Assembly (NCBI GenBank): GCA_019057475.1
Contig: DXJO01000010.1
Span: forward strand, 32,001 to 96,000
Direction of reading: 5' to 3'
Length of the DNA stretch: 64,000 nucleotides
Origin: Candidatus Thorarchaeota archaeon
GTDB lineage: Archaea; Asgardarchaeota; Thorarchaeia; Thorarchaeales; Thorarchaeaceae
Part shown: in pieces, positions 8,333-18,322 of the stretch
Numbering within the stretch: position 1 is the stretch's first letter
How the letters are laid out: every line of letters begins with the position of its first letter
Notes under the pieces: model-generated
What the model saw: the letters and a program-made list of their open reading frames with translations, nothing else
What the model was told of the DNA's origin: nothing
Databases searched by the model: none
Made by a program: the position numbers and the translations under genes

Positions 8333-10297
8333 TCACTCGTGAGCAGAGAGATACTCCTCGATCATTGCCGAAATCTGCCCATCTGTGTAGTGCTGTGAAG
8401 TTATCGCACCGCTAGGACAGGTGGACGTACAGGTTCCGCACCCCTTGCACAGGGCAGCGTTGATCTCTGCACGGTCACGGTCATTCATTGTAATGGCATT
8501 GTATGGGCAAATGGAAATGCATACTGAGCAACCAGAACATTTGTCCTCATCTACAACGGAGTAGTAAGGCTCGATAGTGATCTTGCCCTTGCCCATAAGT
8601 CCCATTGCACCAGACGCGGCGGCTTTCGCCTGAGCCACTGCATCTGGGATGTCCTTTGGACCCTGAGCCATTCCCGCCACGAAAATACCGTCATTGAACG
8701 AATCCACGGGCCTGAGCTTGGGGTGTGCTTCCATCAGAAAACCATCTGGTGACTGGCTCAAGCCAAGAACACGTATGATATCTTTTGATCCACGGGGGGC
8801 TACCACTCCAGTTGATAGCACAACAAGGTCCACATAACTAATCTTGATTGGCTTGCCCAGAAGCGTGTCTTCTCCTCTTACGGTGAGGAGGTGCGTTTCA
8901 CTGTCCTCCAGAAGCTCGCCCACTCGACCTCTGATGAACGAAACTCCAGCAGTAGCGGTGGACTCGTAAAATTCTTCGTAGCCCTTCCCGAACGTCCTGA
9001 GGTCAATGTAGAATATGTAGATATCAGCACCTGTCTTGTCTCTAATCATTCTAGCCTGTTTGATAGCTGTCATGCAGCATATGCGCGAGCAGTACTTGTT
9101 CGTGCGCTCATCTCGGCTTCCCACGCACTGGATGTACACGATTCTCTTTGCTTCCTTCAAATCGTGCGGTCGCACCACATGACCCTGGGTTGGGCCCGCT
9201 GAGCTCAGCATTCTTTCAACCTCACCGAGATTAACGACATTCGGGAAAATGCTGTAGCCATATTCTTCCTTCTGGGTTGCATCGAATATCTCAAAACCGG
9301 TAGCGACGATGATTGTGCCGACCTCAATATTGATTATCTTCTCTTGGTCATCGTAATCGATTGCGCCAGCCTCGCATGCCAATTTGCATTTGCCGCAACG
9401 CACAGCGTCGACACCTAAGCAGTTCTCCATGTCAAGAAGGTATGCTGATGGCACTGCTTGAGCGAACGGGACATAGATTGCTTTCCGGAATGAGAGATTA
9501 GCCTCGAACTCAGCTGGAACGTCCACTGGACAGACGAGTGAACAGTCACCACAAGACGTACAGGTTTCCAAGTCAACAAACCGCGGCCTCTGTCGAATCG
9601 TCACCTTGAAATTACCAACGAAGCCGTCGACTTTATCGACCTCGGCCATGGTTATCAATTCAATATTCGGATGCGCTCCCACCTCAGCCATTCGCGGTGT
9701 GAGAATGCACGAGGAACAATCTAAGGTTGGAAAGGTCTTGTCCCACTGAGCCATGTGCCCGCCGATGGTAGGTTTCTTCTCAACCATATAGACCTTGAAG
9801 CCTGCATCCCCGAGGTCCAGAGCTGCGGATATGCCTGCTATTCCTGCACCGACGATGAGTGTAGCTTTCAGGATCGGCACCTCAGATTCCTCCAGAGGCT
9901 CGAGGAGCTTTGCTCGTGCAACAGACATTCGTACCAGGTCTATTGCCTTCTCCGTAGCAGCTTCGTGGTCGTCCGAGTGAATCCAGCTACAATGTTCACG
10001 AATGTTAGCCTGTTCGAAAACATACGGTGATAGGCCCGCATCGCGCATGGCATTCCTGAAAGTGGTTTCGTGCATCCTTGGTGAGCAAGCTGCAATGACA
10101 ATTCCATCAAGACGGAGTTCCTTTATCTTATCCTTGAGTATCTGTTGTCCTGGTTTGGAGCAGACATACTTGTAGTCTTCTACGTGTGCCACTCCATCGA
10201 GACCTTTGACAGCTTCCATGACGCGGTCAATATCCACTACACCAGCGATATTTGATCCACAATGACAGATGAATACGCCAATCCTTCTCTCGGGCAT
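8333..10297 (-). CDS. hdrA: Heterodisulfide reductase subunit A (Cys form)
   Basis: RIGVFICHCGSNIAG, CSPRMHE, GAGIAG, DKTFPTLDCSSCILTP, QCVGSR, CSRICC, ferredoxin motifs. Confidence 0.95.
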   Translation of the reverse strand: MPERRIGVFICHCGSNIAGVVDIDRVMEAVKGLDGVAHVEDYKYVCSKPGQQILKDKIKELRLDGIVIAACSPRMHETTFRNAMRDAGLSPYVFEQANIREHCSWIHSDDHEAATEKAIDLVRMSVARAKLLEPLEESEVPILKATLIVGAGIAGISAALDLGDAGFKVYMVEKKPTIGGHMAQWDKTFPTLDCSSCILTPRMAEVGAHPNIELITMAEVDKVDGFVGNFKVTIRQRPRFVDLETCTSCGDCSLVCPVDVPAEFEANLSFRKAIYVPFAQAVPSAYLLDMENCLGVDAVRCGKCKLACEAGAIDYDDQEKIINIEVGTIIVATGFEIFDATQKEEYGYSIFPNVVNLGEVERMLSSAGPTQGHVVRPHDLKEAKRIVYIQCVGSRDERTNKYCSRICCMTAIKQARMIRDKTGADIYIFYIDLRTFGKGYEEFYESTATAGVSFIRGRVGELLEDSETHLLTVRGEDTLLGKPIKISYVDLVVLSTGVVAPRGSKDIIRVLGLSQSPDGFLMEAHPKLRPVDSFNDGIFVAGMAQGPKDIPDAVAQAKAAASGAMGLMGKGKITIEPYYSVVDEDKCSGCSVCISICPYNAITMNDRDRAEINAALCKGCGTCTSTCPSGAITSQHYTDGQISAMIEEYLSAHE

Positions 10298-10454
10298 TCT
10301 TTTCTCCTCGTGCGCCGCGCTTTGTCTTGGGGGCTGTGAGACTGGGCTCTCTCCAGCGTTTTCGAAAGGCCTAATAAAGGATTGCGGGTTGCGGAATGCA
10401 ACCCCAGCTTGCGATTCCCAAAATCAAATATGCACTCTTGTCCTGTTTCAAAGA

Positions 10455-11087
10455 ATGCTGGACTTCGAAATTGCGGGGCCTATTGTAGGTGTGCTGGTCG
10501 TAGTCGATGTGGCATTGTATATCTACATGGATGTGAAGAAGATTCAGGGGAGAGGACTCTCCGCCATGAGGGAGTCCGACGCCGTTTTGCCCAAGTCTGC
10601 TATGGTGGCACTCGCAGCTTCAACTCTGCTGGCCTTTGCTTTGGTTTTACTGATTCCAATTGCTTGGCTCACCTCGCAAGGGCCAGTCCTTGTTCAGTCG
10701 GTGTTCCCTATTGCTGATAGTCCGGTTCTTCTCTGGTCAGGAGGATTAGTGATTCTGGGTGGGGGTGTGATACTCCACGGTTGGTCAAGAAAGGTTCAAC
10801 AGTCACACGCATCTTCATGGGCGATGGCTGAAACGCACAAGCTTATCATGAAAGGGCCCTATTCTCGAATCCGTCATCCATCCTACCTGTCCTATGTCCT
10901 ATCTTTCATCGGACTTGTGCTCATGATGCCCTCTGTGCTAACAGTCATGCTTCTTGTTGGTATTCCTGGGTACTACACGGCAGCAGTGCGAGAGGAACAA
11001 CTCCTAATTTCCCACTTCGGCAATGGCTACCGGAACTACATAATGAAAACCGGCCGGTTCATACCCAAACTGAGGAAGCATAACTAG
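10455..11087 (+). CDS. Isoprenylcysteine carboxylmethyltransferase (ICMT/Ste14) family membrane protein
   Basis: GPYSRIRHPSY...EEQLL..HFG.Y..Y...TGRFIP. Start moved to ATG 10455 to avoid overlap with hdrA. Confidence 0.85.
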   Translation: MLDFEIAGPIVGVLVVVDVALYIYMDVKKIQGRGLSAMRESDAVLPKSAMVALAASTLLAFALVLLIPIAWLTSQGPVLVQSVFPIADSPVLLWSGGLVILGGGVILHGWSRKVQQSHASSWAMAETHKLIMKGPYSRIRHPSYLSYVLSFIGLVLMMPSVLTVMLLVGIPGYYTAAVREEQLLISHFGNGYRNYIMKTGRFIPKLRKHN

Positions 11088-11184
11088 CTCTGGGATTATG
11101 TGGTCACGACATAGTCGGTCGTATTCACCAAAACGGTAAAAAGTGATGCTCGACGCCAACCGCTTACCTCTTGGAGGAATCGAA

Positions 11185-11958
11185 ATGACTGGTAAGGTTT
11201 GGAGCTATATCACAGACAAACTCGAGAGCGAAGGTGCATTGCACATGTCCTTGCTGGATCCTGATCCTCTCAAGATGACGACCGAAACAGTCGTAAAAAT
11301 GGCAAAGCTTGCTGAAACAGCCGGTTCGGATGCTATCATGATAGGTGGCAGCACTGCATTTGGCATCATCGACGAATCTGTGAAAGCAATCACGGAGGCT
11401 GTGGACATACCCACGATACTCTTCCCAGGTAACCTTACCGGCGTATCAAAACACGCTGACGCGATGTACTTCATGAGCCTTCTGAATAGCACCAACCCAT
11501 ACTGGATTATCGGGGCGCAAGCATTGGCTGCAGCTAACGTGAAACTCATCGGGATTGAAGTAATTCCAATGGCATATCTCTTGGTAGCACCAGGGAAGAC
11601 TGCTGCATGGGTTGGAGATGCCAAGGTGTTTCCGCGGGAGAAGCCAAAGATTGCCCTGATGTATGCACTGGCAGCTGAGCTTCTCGGCTTCAAGTTGGTC
11701 TATCTTGAAGCTGGCAGCGGCGCCGAGGGCAATGGAGTTCCCCCAGAGATGATCACTACTGTTTCTCAGTATGTTGACATTCCTCTGATTGTTGGTGGGG
11801 GGTTCAACGATGCCAAGTCTGTTACTAATGCCGTTGAGGCTGGTGCGTCAATTGTCGTTCAGGGCACCTATCTCGAAAAGAACATCTTGGAAGACAAGGG
11901 TGCAGGTCTCAAGAATATCGTGAAGGCACTGAAAAAGGCTGGCGCGAAGCGGGTCTGA
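11185..11958 (+). CDS. Geranylgeranylglyceryl phosphate synthase
   Basis: LLDPD, IMIGGS, ILFPG, MSLLNS, YLEAGSG, VGGG. GGAGG RBS precedes ATG 11185. Confidence 0.92.
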   Translation: MTGKVWSYITDKLESEGALHMSLLDPDPLKMTTETVVKMAKLAETAGSDAIMIGGSTAFGIIDESVKAITEAVDIPTILFPGNLTGVSKHADAMYFMSLLNSTNPYWIIGAQALAAANVKLIGIEVIPMAYLLVAPGKTAAWVGDAKVFPREKPKIALMYALAAELLGFKLVYLEAGSGAEGNGVPPEMITTVSQYVDIPLIVGGGFNDAKSVTNAVEAGASIVVQGTYLEKNILEDKGAGLKNIVKALKKAGAKRV

Positions 11959-12046
11959 GGTGCGGCGCGCGGCATTTGTGCTGGTCATGTTTAAATAGTT
12001 GTCATGGTTTCAGGAACCGAAGCACGTCCACGGAGGATGAATATCA

Positions 12047-12439
12047 TTGTCCAGCAAGACTGAGTTGTTGAATGCAATGCTGCTAGACCTCAGTCGTGCT
12101 TCTCAAGACAACGTGCAAGCAAGCATCATAATTTCAAGGGCACAGGGTCTCACAATCTGTTCTTACTTTCCTGAAAGCATAGACTCTGGTGTTGTTCCTG
12201 ACGAGGATATCATTGCCGGGCGGTCCATGCAGATCCAGATGGGGACCAGGAAAGTCTTCAAACAACTGAAGCGCGGTCCATTCGTCAGGATGCTCGTAGA
12301 AGGCGAGAGTGGGTACATAATCATCTGCGATGCCGGTGAGAATGCCATACTTGCGGTTCTGACTAACAAGCGGGCCAATATAGGATACATGTTTTTCATG
12401 ATGACCAGAATAGCCAGGCGCATCGAGCAAATCCTGTAG
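12047..12439 (+). CDS. Roadblock/LC7 domain protein
   Basis: QGLTICS...LKRGPFVRMLVEGESGYIIICDAGENAILAVL...ANIG pattern. Confidence 0.8.
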   Translation: MSSKTELLNAMLLDLSRASQDNVQASIIISRAQGLTICSYFPESIDSGVVPDEDIIAGRSMQIQMGTRKVFKQLKRGPFVRMLVEGESGYIIICDAGENAILAVLTNKRANIGYMFFMMTRIARRIEQIL

Positions 12440-12497
12440 AATCGCTGTTCCAGCAATTTTTTATGGCTCTCGATTTTTCCTCAAACTGTAATCAAGC

Positions 12498-13442
12498 ATG
12501 GTGAATAAGGTGTCAGATGAAAAGTCAGATGCAACGAAGGATAGCGACCAGACTGAAGATGAATGGGCGAAATGGCGACAGGCAGGTGTCATAGCCAAAG
12601 CGGCGCTCGATATTGCTCGTCCTATGGTGAAGCCAGGAACCAAAGTAATCGATATAGTTGAATCTGTCGAGAAACACATCCTTGAGAATGCATCCGGCAT
12701 TGCCTTTCCGTGCAATGTATCACTCAACAGTATTGCTGCACACTACACGTCTCCCCTTAATGACGAAACTGTGATTGAGGATGGTGACCTTGTGACAGTT
12801 GACTGTGGAGCCCACATAGACGGCTGCATTTCAGATACTGCATTCACCATCGCGTTGAATCCCGCGCATGAGAGCTTGGTGAAGGCCTCGGTGGATGCCA
12901 CGAATGTTGCCATCAGGATGATGCGGCCAGGGGCCAAACTGAACACTATCGGGGCCCTCATCGAAGACACAATCAAAAGCGCTGGCTTTGAGCCCATTAA
13001 ACAGCTCACCGGTCATCAGCTGCAGGAGTACGAGCTACATTCAGAGAAGCAGGTGCCATGTGTTTCGGGCAAGTCTGAAGTGAAGGTGGAAGAAGGTGAG
13101 ATCTACGCCGTTGAAACATTCGCTAGTACGGGTTCGGGTAATGTAACTGATCTCCCCAACCCTCTGATCTATCAGCTATTGCCAATCAGAGTCCCTGTTC
13201 GATTTAAGGGGACGAAACAGTTTCTCTCAATTGCCAGAAGGGAGTACAAGGAGTTTCCATTTGCCGAACGCTGGCTAGCTGAGAAGATGAAACATGCTAC
13301 GCTCAAAATGGCCATTCGAGAGCTTACGCAGAAAAGCGCCCTTATTCCGCACCACATACTTACTGAGGAGAAGGGCGAGCTAGTTTCCCAGCATGAACAC
13401 ACGGTGATAATCACAGAAAATGGACATGAGCGGACGACCTAG
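12498..13442 (+). CDS. map: Methionine aminopeptidase type II
   Basis: AFPCNVS, AAHYT, DCGAHIDG..SDTAFT, LTGH, AVETF, SQHEHT. Confidence 0.95.
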   Translation: MVNKVSDEKSDATKDSDQTEDEWAKWRQAGVIAKAALDIARPMVKPGTKVIDIVESVEKHILENASGIAFPCNVSLNSIAAHYTSPLNDETVIEDGDLVTVDCGAHIDGCISDTAFTIALNPAHESLVKASVDATNVAIRMMRPGAKLNTIGALIEDTIKSAGFEPIKQLTGHQLQEYELHSEKQVPCVSGKSEVKVEEGEIYAVETFASTGSGNVTDLPNPLIYQLLPIRVPVRFKGTKQFLSIARREYKEFPFAERWLAEKMKHATLKMAIRELTQKSALIPHHILTEEKGELVSQHEHTVIITENGHERTT

Positions 13443-13635
13443 TGTTTCTTGCGTCATGATTCGCCTTCTAGGCGCTTCAGTGTCTACAATGTGTGAAATC
13501 CGTGCCGGGCTAAAACATTAAAAGACCCTTTGGCTATGTGTACTTTGGGTCAGGGAGACTGTCGCGACAACATAAACATGTCCAGTGATATCTGGCACGT
13601 CTTTTCCCCCTCGCTAATTCAGTGGAGGCTTTGAA

Positions 13636-14604
13636 TTGGAGAACTCGCGTGGAGCTATCTCAGGCAATGGCAAATCAGCACGCAGTGATGGTGAGAGTCA
13701 TGCATGTCCTGAGTGCGGGTTCAGCGCAGTCGTTGAGGATATCGCGCGAGGGGAACGCGTCTGTGGAGGATGCGGTCTTGTCCTCTCAGATCATCGTATC
13801 GATACCGGCGCTGAATGGAGAGCATTCAGCTCTGAGGAAGGTGATGCGCGTAGTCGTGTTGGTGCCCCTATGAGATATACCGTCCATGACAAAGGGCTAT
13901 CTACAGTCATTGACTGGCGGGATAGAGACCTTTCTGGGCGCAAGCTTACCCCCTCACGAAGATCCGAGATATACCGCCTTAGGAAGTGGCAGATTCGGTC
14001 TCGTGTTCACAGTTCGATGGACCGCAATCTTGCGCAAGCTATGTCGGAGCTGGAACGGCTATCATCCCAGCTTGGGCTTCCTAAACCAATCAGAGAACTT
14101 GCAGCACTCCTTTATCGCAAGTCAATCTTGAAGAAATTGGTACGCGGTAGATCGATTGAGGCTATGGTAGCAGCTTGTCTTTATGCAGCATGCAGGATTC
14201 GGATTAAACCTCGTCCACTGGATGAAGTCGCGGATGCATCCCGTGTTAACAAAAAGAAGCTTGGTCAATGCTACAGGTTACTTCTTCGCAGTCTGAATCT
14301 AAGAATCCCACTGAGCAGTCCTGTACACTATATATCTCGCTTCGCTTCTGAGCTAAAGCTTTCAAGCCCTGTTCAATTGAGAACTGTCGAGATTCTGAAT
14401 CAAAGCCGAGCCATAGGTCTCACGATTGGACGTGACCCGCTGGGTCTGGCGGCAGCTGCAATCTACGTTGCGTCAATAATGCTTGACGATCGTCGAACGC
14501 AGCGTGAGATCGCTGAGGTTGCTCGTGTCACAGAGGTTACGGTTCGCAATAGATACAAGGAGATTGTAGCGAAGCTCAAAATTGACACTCTCAACTCTGT
14601 GTGA
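13636..14604 (+). CDS. tfb: Transcription initiation factor IIB (paralog 1)
   Basis: Zn ribbon CPEC...CGGC, EWRAF, two cyclin repeats, TEVTVRNRYKE. Confidence 0.96.
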   Translation: MENSRGAISGNGKSARSDGESHACPECGFSAVVEDIARGERVCGGCGLVLSDHRIDTGAEWRAFSSEEGDARSRVGAPMRYTVHDKGLSTVIDWRDRDLSGRKLTPSRRSEIYRLRKWQIRSRVHSSMDRNLAQAMSELERLSSQLGLPKPIRELAALLYRKSILKKLVRGRSIEAMVAACLYAACRIRIKPRPLDEVADASRVNKKKLGQCYRLLLRSLNLRIPLSSPVHYISRFASELKLSSPVQLRTVEILNQSRAIGLTIGRDPLGLAAAAIYVASIMLDDRRTQREIAEVARVTEVTVRNRYKEIVAKLKIDTLNSV

Positions 14605-14691
14605 TTGCGCTCATACAAGATGGGATGGTTCTCCCTGATTGAGATTACATCTGGCTATTAACCCGCAAGCAATCATTAGTCGCTGCTAGGC

Positions 14692-15033
14692 CTACCTCCG
14701 GCCTCTCCTCTGGTAAGTCCAATCGACAATAACCATCTCTTCGGGGAAGCCAAGCTTTCCCAATACTCCAGTTATAACCCCCCGATGATCACCCTGAAGT
14801 TCGACATGACCACGCTTGGCAGCTCCTCCGCACGCCAGTTTACTCTTCAGTTTGGTTGCCATGTCACCAACGTCAATGGTCTTATCAAAGCCAGATACTA
14901 CGGTGGTAAGTCTTCCCCACTTGCGACGCTCGATGGTCACAGTGATTCTTGCTTCTTCCTGTGCTATCGTTTCACAAACGCACAAGTCGGTGGGAAGTCC
15001 ACAGTTCGGACAAATGCCTCCTTCATCGCTCAC
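14692..15033 (-). CDS. Translation initiation factor aIF1/SUI1
   Basis: CGLPTDLCVCE, LKSKLACGG, ELQGDH. Confidence 0.93.
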   Translation of the reverse strand: MSDEGGICPNCGLPTDLCVCETIAQEEARITVTIERRKWGRLTTVVSGFDKTIDVGDMATKLKSKLACGGAAKRGHVELQGDHRGVITGVLGKLGFPEEMVIVDWTYQRRGRR

Positions 15034-15183
15034 TAAATCAGTTACTCCTAATTCATTGCTGTAGCTTTATGCAGAGCTCCTTAGGTCAAGTCTGACATAT
15101 AAGTGCTTTCGGATGTATGAATCATGAACCGCTTTCTCTAAGCGGAAAAGAGTAAAGAACACAGTCACAATGCTTTCGTACTC

Positions 15184-16764
15184 ATGTCTGGGCAAGTCTT
15201 GATAGTTGATGCGTTGAGTGTTGGGTCCGGTCGTCGTGGAAGTTCGCGCGACTCAATTGGATGTGGCCCGCGCACAGTAGCTGGCGTAATGGAAACTCAT
15301 GCGGTTCCCTGCAGAATCAAGAGAGCTGAGGCTGTTCTGTTTGCAAAAGGTCGAACTCGGGGGTTTGAGCATCTAGCTATTAGCGCGATGACGATGGACT
15401 TGCCAGCTACTCGGAGCATTGTCGCACAGTGGCGTTGGGCACACCCCCGTGGGAGAATCATCGTCGGGGGACCAATTGCATCGAGGCCTCATGATGTTCT
15501 AAAGGAGGTCCGGCCTGATGTACTCGTGATAGGAGAGGGCGAGGCAACCCTTAATGAGCTGCTCCTTGCTGGTTTTCTTGAGGAACGCATTGACCTAGCT
15601 CCGATTGCCGGGATTGGTTACATGAATGGCTCTTATCCAGTCGTTACAGAACCCCGCAATCTTCTTTCCGCCGCTGATATCTCCACACAGTATCAACCGT
15701 CTCGTGTTAGGATTGTAGACTACCCAGCCTACCAAGCCAGCAGGGTTTACGTAGAAGCAATTCGCGGGTGTTCGAACTTCAGGAGGACATCTCTCACTCT
15801 GCCGGACGGTCGAAAGTGTTCCGACTGCAATAACTGTGACTCCGCTGACCCGCACGAACGACTGGATTGTCCTGAGAACATTCCCCCTGGTTGTGGTTTC
15901 TGCAGCGTACCTGCAGTGTGGGGTTCTCCAAGAAGTCGGTTTCAGCAGTCCATTGTCAACGAGGTAAGAGAGCTCCTAGACTTGGGAGTTCACAGAGTTG
16001 TACTGGAGGCTCCTGGCTTCCTAGATTACATGCGAGGGAGCGAACCACTCACTGATCCATGTCACCCTCCCGCCAATCTCGAAGCATTAACCAAGCTGCT
16101 AAAGGAACTCAAATCACTTCCTCAACTTTCCGAGGGAACGGCTCATCTATCCATTGAGAATCTAAAGGCGTGTTTGTTTACGGATGAAGTTGCAGACGTT
16201 TTCGCAAAGCACCTTGGTGACACAGCACCCAATATTGGCATTGAAACTGGCTCCGAACAACATATGCGCCAAATCGGTAAGTGTGGTAGTCCTGAAGATG
16301 TTGTGAGAGCTGTTAGAATCGCAAAAGCACATGGAATGCTTCCCTACGTTTACTTCATCTACGGCCTTCCTGGGGAGAGCTTTGTCACTGTGGAAGAGTC
16401 GGTCAAACTAATGCGCCAACTAGACGAGGCAGGCGCCGCTCGAATCATAATGTATGGGTTCCGTGCCCTGCCGGGGTCAGCCTTTGAAGAGTTCCAAGAA
16501 CCTGACATGCGTGACCCTGGAGGCGAGCGACTACGAAATGTAGCAAACCACATTAATCGTCGCAAGAAAGAAACCTATGTTGGTAGAGTGATACGGGGGA
16601 TTGCTGCAGAACCGTCATGGAGCCGCCACGGTTACACCATGGTCTACCCTCTGGGCGATGGACCACTCATGACAGTTCACGGTGGATATTCTGCCGGAGC
16701 CATTGTAGATGTCAAAGTGACAGAGGTGTTGAGTGCCGGTCTACTTGGCGGAGTAGCCGTTTAG
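15184..16764 (+). CDS. B12-binding-type radical SAM protein with C-terminal TRAM-like domain
   Basis: IIVGGP, GEGE, EAIRGC...GCGFC, GIETGS, YFIYGLPGE. Confidence 0.85.
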   Translation: MSGQVLIVDALSVGSGRRGSSRDSIGCGPRTVAGVMETHAVPCRIKRAEAVLFAKGRTRGFEHLAISAMTMDLPATRSIVAQWRWAHPRGRIIVGGPIASRPHDVLKEVRPDVLVIGEGEATLNELLLAGFLEERIDLAPIAGIGYMNGSYPVVTEPRNLLSAADISTQYQPSRVRIVDYPAYQASRVYVEAIRGCSNFRRTSLTLPDGRKCSDCNNCDSADPHERLDCPENIPPGCGFCSVPAVWGSPRSRFQQSIVNEVRELLDLGVHRVVLEAPGFLDYMRGSEPLTDPCHPPANLEALTKLLKELKSLPQLSEGTAHLSIENLKACLFTDEVADVFAKHLGDTAPNIGIETGSEQHMRQIGKCGSPEDVVRAVRIAKAHGMLPYVYFIYGLPGESFVTVEESVKLMRQLDEAGAARIIMYGFRALPGSAFEEFQEPDMRDPGGERLRNVANHINRRKKETYVGRVIRGIAAEPSWSRHGYTMVYPLGDGPLMTVHGGYSAGAIVDVKVTEVLSAGLLGGVAV

Positions 16765-16838
16765 GGCTGCGACTTGCTCGTTGTCTAAGGCAAAACTTCT
16801 TATTGCTAACTTCAAGTGACTCCGGCTGGTGCTCTAGT

Positions 16839-16982
16839 ATGGTCTACACTTGCTTTTCCTGTAAGCATGAAGTTACGCCCGAAGGACTAAAGACCTTGCC
16901 CGGCGTAAAGTGCCCCTACTGTGGTGGACGAATTCTGTACAAGGTTCGCCCTCCTGTTGTTAAGCGAGTTAAGGGCGTCTAG
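16839..16982 (+). CDS. rpo12: DNA-directed RNA polymerase subunit Rpo12 (P)
   Basis: MVYTCFSC...VKCPYCGGRILYKVRP; true start is ATG 16839. Confidence 0.9.
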   Translation: MVYTCFSCKHEVTPEGLKTLPGVKCPYCGGRILYKVRPPVVKRVKGV

Positions 16983-17010
16983 TTTGTTCCCTTTTTTGTT
17001 TCACAATGTT

Positions 17011-17109
17011 CTATGGCTTGTATACTAGAAACGCAGCTACTACGATTGAAGCCAAGAATAGCATCACAAAAAGGACAGACAAAATCTTTCTCTTTAGAGC
17101 GTATCTCAA
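17011..17109 (-). CDS. Putative 32-aa single-TM micropeptide
   Basis: TTG start 3 nt after the ArsA/Get3 stop; MRYALKRKILSVLFVMLFLASIVVAAFLVYKP. Confidence 0.5.
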   Translation of the reverse strand: MRYALKRKILSVLFVMLFLASIVVAAFLVYKP

Positions 17110-17112
17110 TAC

Positions 17113-18111
17113 CTACTCCTCCGTTTCACCTATGAGAATTTTCCCTAGCTTTTCTAGACCCTCAATCCCTCTTATTTCCCCCTCAAAGAGCGGAACCACC
17201 GTCAGGCTCAGGTCAGAGTACAGGTCTCTGATATCCTTGAGGTTTGTCTGCTGCATTTGCCGTCGTGTAGCGCAAAACTTGCACGTTGGATTTGGTGGCA
17301 CAAGATGATTCACCACAATACTACTGACAGGTATTTTCCATTTGTCCAAGCTATGCATAAGCCGTTGGGTTTCAAAGACGGCCATCGCTTCAGGTATTAG
17401 GACTACCACAAACTGCGTCAGCTCAGGGTCGGACAGCTGGATTCGTGCAGATCGTATCTTGTCCTTCATCATCTGCATCATCTGCCAAGAATTATCTTCT
17501 TGTTCAGCTCCTCCGAACATACCCTTGAGACCCGCAATCATTGAGCTCATTCTTTCTCGCATTGTAAGTAGCTTTCCCATCCAGCTGTCAAGAAGGTCTG
17601 GCAGCTCTAGCAGCTTCAGAGTATGCCCGGTGGGGGCAGTGTCGAATATGACCCGGTCGTAGGAACTGTCTTCCAGGTATTCTAGCATCTTCCCAAAAGC
17701 CATAGCTTCGTCAGAGCCAGGCGGAGACATTCCACCCATATCACCCATTAACTGTGCGGCCATGGCTCCTTCGGATCCCATCGCGCCTGATCCCATTGCA
17801 TTCTGGAATTCAGCCATTCCCTTCTCGGTGTTGATCTCCAGTCCCCAGAGATTACCCACACCTTCTATTGACACTTCATTGCCGCCACTCAGGTTCTGAT
17901 CAAAACTATCACTAAGACTGTGGGCTGGGTCGGTTGAGAGAACTAGAGTTCTGTAGCCGTGCTTGGCTGATAGAATCGCCATTGCACCGGCGCAGCTGGT
18001 CTTTCCAACGCCACCCTTCCCGCCAGAGAGTATGAACTTGATATTACCGTTGTAGACTATATCCTTGATACCCATGGACTTCGACTCGTGATGTTTCGCA
18101 CCACGATACAT
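17113..18111 (-). CDS. ArsA/Get3 (TRC40) family ATPase
   Basis: GKGGVGKTS, STDPAHSLSD, DTAPTGHT, CKFC; Met-rich helical region. Confidence 0.92.
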   Translation of the reverse strand: MYRGAKHHESKSMGIKDIVYNGNIKFILSGGKGGVGKTSCAGAMAILSAKHGYRTLVLSTDPAHSLSDSFDQNLSGGNEVSIEGVGNLWGLEINTEKGMAEFQNAMGSGAMGSEGAMAAQLMGDMGGMSPPGSDEAMAFGKMLEYLEDSSYDRVIFDTAPTGHTLKLLELPDLLDSWMGKLLTMRERMSSMIAGLKGMFGGAEQEDNSWQMMQMMKDKIRSARIQLSDPELTQFVVVLIPEAMAVFETQRLMHSLDKWKIPVSSIVVNHLVPPNPTCKFCATRRQMQQTNLKDIRDLYSDLSLTVVPLFEGEIRGIEGLEKLGKILIGETEE

Positions 18112-18322
18112 AATGAGGCTTTTGGAATGAGCTCCGTATTAATGCAGTAACAGGTTTAAGCGGAAATATGTTGGCTCACTCACACTGATACGATAACTCT
18201 ATCAATGATGTCACTGGAGCACACTGGAGGTTCTCACAATCTCGTTTCCACAAGTTCGAACCACTGCTGAACAATTCCCATCCACGATTCTGCGGCTACT
18301 TCGTCTTGAGGTTCCTCCAGGC

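Noticed and set aside
7652-8335. The hdrA TGA stop is followed in frame, with no stop for 14 codons, by the mobA start: possible Sec read-through fusion
   Set aside because: HdrA is already full length, the UGA is not at a Cys-equivalent site, no SECIS was recognised, and such phasing arises readily by chance.
18203-18211. In-frame TGA-TGT (possible Sec-Cys) upstream of the ORF at 18323
   Set aside because: A TAA lies four codons further upstream (18194) with no start codon in between.
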